Source: Pseudomonadota bacterium (lineage in GTDB: Bacteria; Desulfobacterota; Desulfovibrionia; Desulfovibrionales; Desulfovibrionaceae). From it: a stretch of DNA of 44,190 bases. This document shows positions 39,441 to 44,190 of the stretch, piece by piece. The position numbers were made by a program, and so were the translations under genes. How positions within the stretch are numbered: position 1 is the first letter of the stretch; the number at the start of each line of letters is the position of its first letter. A model generated the notes under the pieces. The model was given only the letters and a program-made list of their open reading frames with translations, was not told the origin of the DNA and searched no databases. Location: assembly GCA_023450535.1 (NCBI GenBank), contig JAEXGX010000224.1, positions 1 to 44,190 on the forward strand. The letters are read 5' to 3'.

Positions 39441-40172
39441 GGGTGTGCGCCGCCCCGCGCGGGGTGACCGGGGTGATCGGACGCCCCGTGAATCATCGCG
39501 GTTCGATTCGGCCTCCGTGCCTCCTTTCGGAGAAAGAAAACCCTGGAGCAGGCATTCAAAGTTCCGCATCCCCCGTTCCACAGCCAGGCGTATATCTTCT
39601 TCGCCCTCCGGCTCTTCCGGTTCCTCAATGAGATCCTGAATGTGGTGGAGATTGAACGGAAAGGGCGGGTCCATCCGCAGGGCGGGCAAAAATACGCCGG
39701 GCATGACAGCCGTGAAGATTTCTGCCGGGGAAATATCCTTTCGCAGGTCCCCCCTGCGCCAGGCTTCTTCCATCAGGCCGAACATGAGCCGGGTGTGGCT
39801 GCTGTGGTCGCGTATCATTTCCAAAGCAATCGGCTCGCCGGCGTAGACGTCGCAGATAAGATTACGCAGGGTTATGCGTCCTTCGATGGTATGGCGGAGG
39901 CAGGTCCTGAGGCCGCGACGCAGACCGTCCAGCGGCGTTTCTCCGCCGCGCACGCTTTCTTCCACATCGCGGAAAAAGTTCATGTAGCCCCGTGACAGCA
40001 GGGTGTGCACGAAGTTGTCCTTACTGCCGAAATAGTAGTTCAGCATTCGGGGGCTTACTCCGGCTCTGGCGCAGATTGCGCGCACATTCAGCCCCCGCAC
40101 TCCCTTGAGACGGATTTCTTCTTCCCCGGCGTCAAGCAGGGCGATGTCAAGCTGCTGTGATGGTCTGGCCAT
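39306..40172 (-). CDS. TetR-family regulator
   Basis: MARP...LNVRAICARAGVSPRMLNYYFGSKD HTH; the C-terminal tail looks low-complexity. Confidence 0.85.
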   Translation of the reverse strand: MARPSQQLDIALLDAGEEEIRLKGVRGLNVRAICARAGVSPRMLNYYFGSKDNFVHTLLSRGYMNFFRDVEESVRGGETPLDGLRRGLRTCLRHTIEGRITLRNLICDVYAGEPIALEMIRDHSSHTRLMFGLMEEAWRRGDLRKDISPAEIFTAVMPGVFLPALRMDPPFPFNLHHIQDLIEEPEEPEGEEDIRLAVERGMRNFECLLQGFLSPKGGTEAESNRDDSRGVRSPRSPRAGRRTPSVKRRFALAQPSQSKPGENTPDHPQAEGPGHVVHHSEQRGKDAE

Positions 40173-40526
40173 ATGAAACGTTTGTATAAAAATATTGCAA
40201 AATATTGCAAGGAAAATCGTGAAAATCATTGAACCATGCGCGTTAGGAGTTTTTATACTCATGTACCAAAACTGTCAAGGCAGCATGGGGGGAATGAGTT
40301 TTTCAGGAAAGCAAGAAATGTTATCCGGTCGCTTTGCTGGATAACAAAAACTCTTGAGGAGGAGTCTTTCTTCTGTTTACTCCGCCTGTCAGTCCGGCCT
40401 GAACAAGATGCCCAACGAGCACTATTTGCTGACTCTGACCACCGGCAGTTCGGTCGTCGAAATCACTCCGGGCAAGAGTGTCGTACGGGAATTCGTCAAC
40501 CCGATGTATAATGATACTATCCATTG

Positions 40527-40626
40527 TTAAGATCGTTCCGCAGGAAAACGTGGTTTCCTGCTCGTTTACGGCGGGTTTTTCGCCGCGTCGGGCTTGAGCC
40601 CGACGGCTGGTGCCATGTAACTTTAA
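40527..40626. repeat. Three-hairpin REP-like element
   Basis: GCAGGAAA/TTTCCTGC, CGGCG/CGCCG and CGTCGGGCT/AGCCCGACG, bounded by TTAA. Confidence 0.5.
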
Positions 40627-40740
40627 GCGTTACACGGCACTAGTGAGAATCCGGTGGGAAAACGCCCGGCCAAGTATCCCGTACTTGTAGCAGGCATTGT
40701 ACAAATATAAGAGAAACGCCCCGGCCTTAGACCGGGGCGT

Positions 40741-40839
40741 CAGTTTGCTGAAAAAGTCCTTGAGGGGGCTTCTCGCCCCCTCAAACTTGCCCGGAGGGTG
40801 ACGGGCAAAGCGGGCGTAGTATGCCCTGCACTCCAAATT
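40741..40839. repeat. Multi-hairpin REP-like repeat, copy B (inverted)
   Basis: Reverse complement of the flanking parts of 12248-12402. Confidence 0.8.
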
Positions 40840-40860
40840 GTGATATTATGTTATAATTAT

Positions 40861-40929
40861 GGGGTCCGGGGGAAATTATCTCCCTGCCAGACCGGCTCGG
40901 TCCCGGTGGGGCACGGGGCAAAGCCCCGG
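40861..40929. repeat. Double-hairpin REP-like repeat, second copy
   Basis: GGGGTCCGGGGGAAATTATCTCCC...CGGGGCAAAGCCCCG. Confidence 0.6.
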
Positions 40930-40941
40930 TTTGTCAAAACG

Positions 40942-41616
40942 TTATCCGGCCAGAAGCCCGGCCTTGCGCAGCCAGGCATCTACGGCATCCTGCGCGCCGG
41001 ACGCGCGTGAGCCGCTCACTTCAAAGCCTTTCAGAATTTTTGCGCGCGGGCAAAGCCTTTTCAGGTCGTCTTCGGCGCGTCCGAGGCGGCTACCGCCGTG
41101 AGTGCAAAATGGAACAACGGTTTTGTCTCCCATATCGTACGTTTCCAGAAGGGTGAAGAAGGGCATGGGCATGGTCCCCCACCAGTTCGGAAAACCGATA
41201 AACACGGTACTATAGGCAGCCAGGTTGGGAATTTCGGTGGAGATCTGCGGCCGGATGTTATTCTGCTGTTCCTGTTTGGCCTGTTCTACTACGGCATCAT
41301 AATCGCGGGGGTATGGTGAAACAGTTTTGAGTTCAATGATGTCGCCTCCCATCCGTGTGTGGATTTGTTCAGCGATCTTGCGTGTATTGCCGGAATGGGA
41401 AAAATAAATAATCAAAATACTATTTCCTTCGGGTTCCGCCGCCAGGGCGGAAGAAAAGCGTGAAACTGCGGGAATGGCGCTGGCGGCCATTGCCCCCGCA
41501 ACAGCGTACTTCAGAAAAATACGTCTGGACAAAGAGGGGGACGAACTGGCGGAATGAGCTTCCGCCGCCGGAGTTGATTCTTTCTGCGGCAGTGCCGCGT
41601 GATGTTTCAGGCTCAT
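40942..41616 (-). CDS. Flavodoxin with twin-arginine signal peptide
   Basis: SRRIFLK...ALA, YFSHSGNT, GFPNWWG, PFCTHGGS; AAGGAG RBS. Confidence 0.9.
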   Translation of the reverse strand: MSLKHHAALPQKESTPAAEAHSASSSPSLSRRIFLKYAVAGAMAASAIPAVSRFSSALAAEPEGNSILIIYFSHSGNTRKIAEQIHTRMGGDIIELKTVSPYPRDYDAVVEQAKQEQQNNIRPQISTEIPNLAAYSTVFIGFPNWWGTMPMPFFTLLETYDMGDKTVVPFCTHGGSRLGRAEDDLKRLCPRAKILKGFEVSGSRASGAQDAVDAWLRKAGLLAG

Positions 41617-41839
41617 GGCAGGACTCCTTTTCTGACTTTGAATGATAACGGCGCAGGCGATGGGATAAAAGATACAATCCCCGCAAAAAATTGCCTGATT
41701 TTCTTAGCTGCGTGTGGCTAGCCCTGCGCCGGGATTATCGCTGACTTGCGGGGGAGGGGCCGAGCGCGTAGAAAGGAAAAGAATACGAGCGATATTTTTC
41801 CGCGTGGGGCACACAAGGCACCATGTGAAGGGAATTTTC

Positions 41840-43255
41840 ATGAAACAGGGCTTTTTTTTGAAGGCATACGGGATGTTGTGGCGCGTGCTGACCCCCTTTC
41901 TCCGGCGGAACAAGCGCTTGGCCGATGGCTGGGAGGAGCGCCGCGTTCCTGTGGACTGGCTGGCACATGTTCCGTGGGCGATGCGGGAGAGGCGGGGCTG
42001 CGACATCTGGCTTCAGGCTGCTTCGGGGGGGGAGGCCCGCCTCGCTCTTGCCGTGCTGGAGGCTCTGCCGGAACGGGCACCGGGAGCTGATTCAAGGGAT
42101 AATGCCTGGCGTGTGCTTCTGATTACCTGGACAAGACAGGGGCGGGATGTACTGGAGGCCGGGGTTGCACGAATAGGCACTTCGCGCAAGGATATACTTT
42201 GCGCCGTGCGCTTTGCCCCTTTGGATGAACCGGCCACGGCTCTGCGCGCGTTGAAACTGGCGGAACCCCGTGTTTTGGCCCTGCTGGAGACGGAACTCTG
42301 GCCGGGGCTGATGGCCGCCTGCCGGGAAAACTGCGTTCCTCTCGCTGTTCTCAACGGGCGAATGACCAAGGCCAGCTATGAATGTTACCGCGTGTTGCGC
42401 AAGGTCTTGCGCGACATACCGCCCCGCCGCATTTTGGCCATGTGCAAGGAAGACCTCTCCCGGTTCTTCGGAATCTTTGACGGCGCGGGAAACCCGCCCT
42501 GCCGTCTGGAGCTGATGCCCAATATCAAGTTTGATCTGGCGGCCTGCGCTCTGGACAGAGAATGTCAGATCGCTGCAGAGCCTCTGCCGGAAATGGCCTG
42601 CGGCGGGGACTTGCGGCTTTTGTTCGGAACGGCTCCCCTGGCCCTGTTCGCCTCAACCCGCGAACAGGAGGAAAGTCGGATCTGCCCCCGGATTCTGGAG
42701 CTTCGCCGGAAAAATCCTGCCTGTGTCATTGTGCTTGCGCCCCGGCATATGCACCGGGTGGAAGCGTGGCGAAGGCGCTTTTATGATTTGGGAATTCACT
42801 GTGTGCTCGCATCGTCGCTGAATGCGGACGCGCCGTGCGAATCTCTCGCGCCGGAGGCTGTGGTACTGTGGGATCGTTTCGGGGATCTGCCCCGTTTGTA
42901 TGCGGCGGCGGATGCCGTTTATGTAGGGGGGGGCTTCGGGCAGGGAGGGCAGAATTTTCTGGAAGCTCTGGCCGGGGGTGTTGTGCCCTGCGTGGGGCCG
43001 AGGTTGGGGAATTTTCTCTGGGCTCTGGGGGATGACTGCCCGCCCGCGCTGGCCGAGGCTGGCTTATTGCGGATTTGCCGCCGGGCCGTAGACGTGCGCG
43101 ACTGCATGCTGGCCGGAACGCGCGCGCGACGGACAGAGAGAGAAAGGGAGGCCGTGCGTGCGCGATTCCGGACATGGCTGGAAATGCGAACCGGAGGATC
43201 GCGCCAGACAGCGCAGGTGCTGGCGCAGATGCTGGAAGAGCAGAATGGGTGTTAA
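41840..43255 (+). CDS. waaA: Kdo transferase
   Basis: WLQAASGGE, APLD, ETELWP, NGRM, NIKFD, APRH, GGQNFLE. Start at MKQGF. Confidence 0.88.
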   Translation: MKQGFFLKAYGMLWRVLTPFLRRNKRLADGWEERRVPVDWLAHVPWAMRERRGCDIWLQAASGGEARLALAVLEALPERAPGADSRDNAWRVLLITWTRQGRDVLEAGVARIGTSRKDILCAVRFAPLDEPATALRALKLAEPRVLALLETELWPGLMAACRENCVPLAVLNGRMTKASYECYRVLRKVLRDIPPRRILAMCKEDLSRFFGIFDGAGNPPCRLELMPNIKFDLAACALDRECQIAAEPLPEMACGGDLRLLFGTAPLALFASTREQEESRICPRILELRRKNPACVIVLAPRHMHRVEAWRRRFYDLGIHCVLASSLNADAPCESLAPEAVVLWDRFGDLPRLYAAADAVYVGGGFGQGGQNFLEALAGGVVPCVGPRLGNFLWALGDDCPPALAEAGLLRICRRAVDVRDCMLAGTRARRTEREREAVRARFRTWLEMRTGGSRQTAQVLAQMLEEQNGC

Positions 43256-43540
43256 CGTGTTTTGAGGACACTCGTTCAAGAGTTTAAATTCTCTCTGCTG
43301 GGGTGAAAAGGGCGTCAGAGAGACTGAAGACGCTTATCTCACGCCTCTTTCCAGCACTTCTCAATAAAGGTTTCCTCTCTTGTTTTAAAGAGAGCGAATT
43401 TTGACCTGGGAAGAAATGAGTTGTTTCTTGTAGAATATATTTTTAATATAAAAAATGCGGATACCCGCAAAAAAAATCAGAAATGGCGAGTTACAATAAA
43501 AAAGACGAATTTTATAGAATATATAGATATCCGTAACGAG

Positions 43541-43822
43541 TTATTCTTCCGGTTCTTTACATTGTTCTGCTTTTATTTTTTCTTCTTCCAGGGCTGTATA
43601 AACGATATTAAATAAGTCTCTTGGATCCATATCCAAAGCTTGCGCTACCCATATGAGAGTATTGATAGTCGGCTCATTTCCTCCTTTTTCAATAGAATAA
43701 AGTTGCGCAGCAGGGTGGCCTGAAGCAGCTGTTAATTTGTAGCGGCTCCAACCCTTCTTTTGGCGCAATTCAGTAACAATTTTTCCAAATACATGAGGAG
43801 CGGTACGTTTAGGTCTAGCCAT
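43541..43822 (-). CDS. XRE-family HTH regulator
   Basis: FGKIVTELRQKKGWSRYKL...IEKGGNEPTINTLIWVAQAL; AT-rich. Confidence 0.85.
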   Translation of the reverse strand: MARPKRTAPHVFGKIVTELRQKKGWSRYKLTAASGHPAAQLYSIEKGGNEPTINTLIWVAQALDMDPRDLFNIVYTALEEEKIKAEQCKEPEE

Positions 43823-44007
43823 AATCTTAACATGAGCTAATAAAGCTCAAGTGCAAAGTCTTCTTAATTGAAGTCTTATTATTTTGATTCTATTTTTTTG
43901 GAGTCTAAAAATAATCTATTCACCGATGGTGTTGTCGCCAGTTTGAGTAGTTTTTTTTGTTTCTTCTTCCAAAGCAAGATAAAGTGCCTGAAGGCTCTGT
44001 TGTAGAA

Positions 44008-44146
44008 CCGTGTTGATACCTCCGCGCTACACGTAAAGCGTTGCCCCAGTTCCAGCGGCAACGCATGTTGCCGCAAAGCCAACCCGTGTTCCACACGGGC
44101 AAAAGGCACCAGGTATCCACGGCCGGCGTCACTTCACCTCGTGAAG
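44008..44146. other. Multibranch stem-loop element
   Basis: Closing stem CCGTG(T)TGATACCT/AGGTATCCACGG encloses three hairpins; a fourth (CTTCAC/GTGAAG) follows. Confidence 0.6.
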
Positions 44147-44190
44147 CTACGCTTCCCTCAGTTCCGCTCCGCGAAACATTGCTTCCGCTC

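Noticed and set aside
39089..39628. Long N-terminal extension of the adaptor ORF (605 aa); likewise the extensions of bioDA, bioB, the first sensor kinase, cheW and waaA
   Set aside because: Downstream starts fit RBS positions, gene overlaps or family lengths better.
40236..40524. Short ORFs (91 aa plus strand, 67 aa minus strand) in the TetR-flavodoxin gap
   Set aside because: No recognisable motif or RBS.
44008..44122. tRNA or integron attC site
   Set aside because: No T-loop GTTC or D-loop in the right geometry, too long for a tRNA, and no RYYYAAC/GTTRRRY ends.
1..44190. CRISPR array, rRNA, transposase, and long antisense ORFs (e.g. 14184..15572, 15985..17280, 37586..39094)
   Set aside because: No regularly spaced repeats or such genes seen; the antisense ORFs are shadows of real genes in GC-rich DNA.

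Overview
GC-rich bacterial chromosomal window, most consistent with a Desulfovibrionaceae genome (homotrimeric-type porin, Kdo transferase, gene style). In order: a BirA-controlled biotin operon (bioB, fused bioD-bioA, sodium:solute symporter); an HxlR/Fe-S flavoprotein pair; a porin + two-component system + HhH protein + arylsulfotransferase module whose two outer promoters share an identically spaced tandem box; two cytoplasmic hybrid kinases; a second OmpR-type system; MFS transporters; mntP; rnj; an FAH-family hydrolase; cheW; an RND efflux operon with TetR; a Tat-signal flavodoxin; waaA; and an AT-rich edge with an XRE regulator. Top finding: the ORFs at 24550..25773 and 24229..24501 lie in one frame split by a single TGA within a U-A-S-C motif, followed by a SECIS-like hairpin. 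This suggests a 490-aa exported selenoprotein of a family I cannot name. Several MITE/REP-like repeat families and two structured non-coding elements are also present. All calls come from reading motifs by hand; no searches were run.
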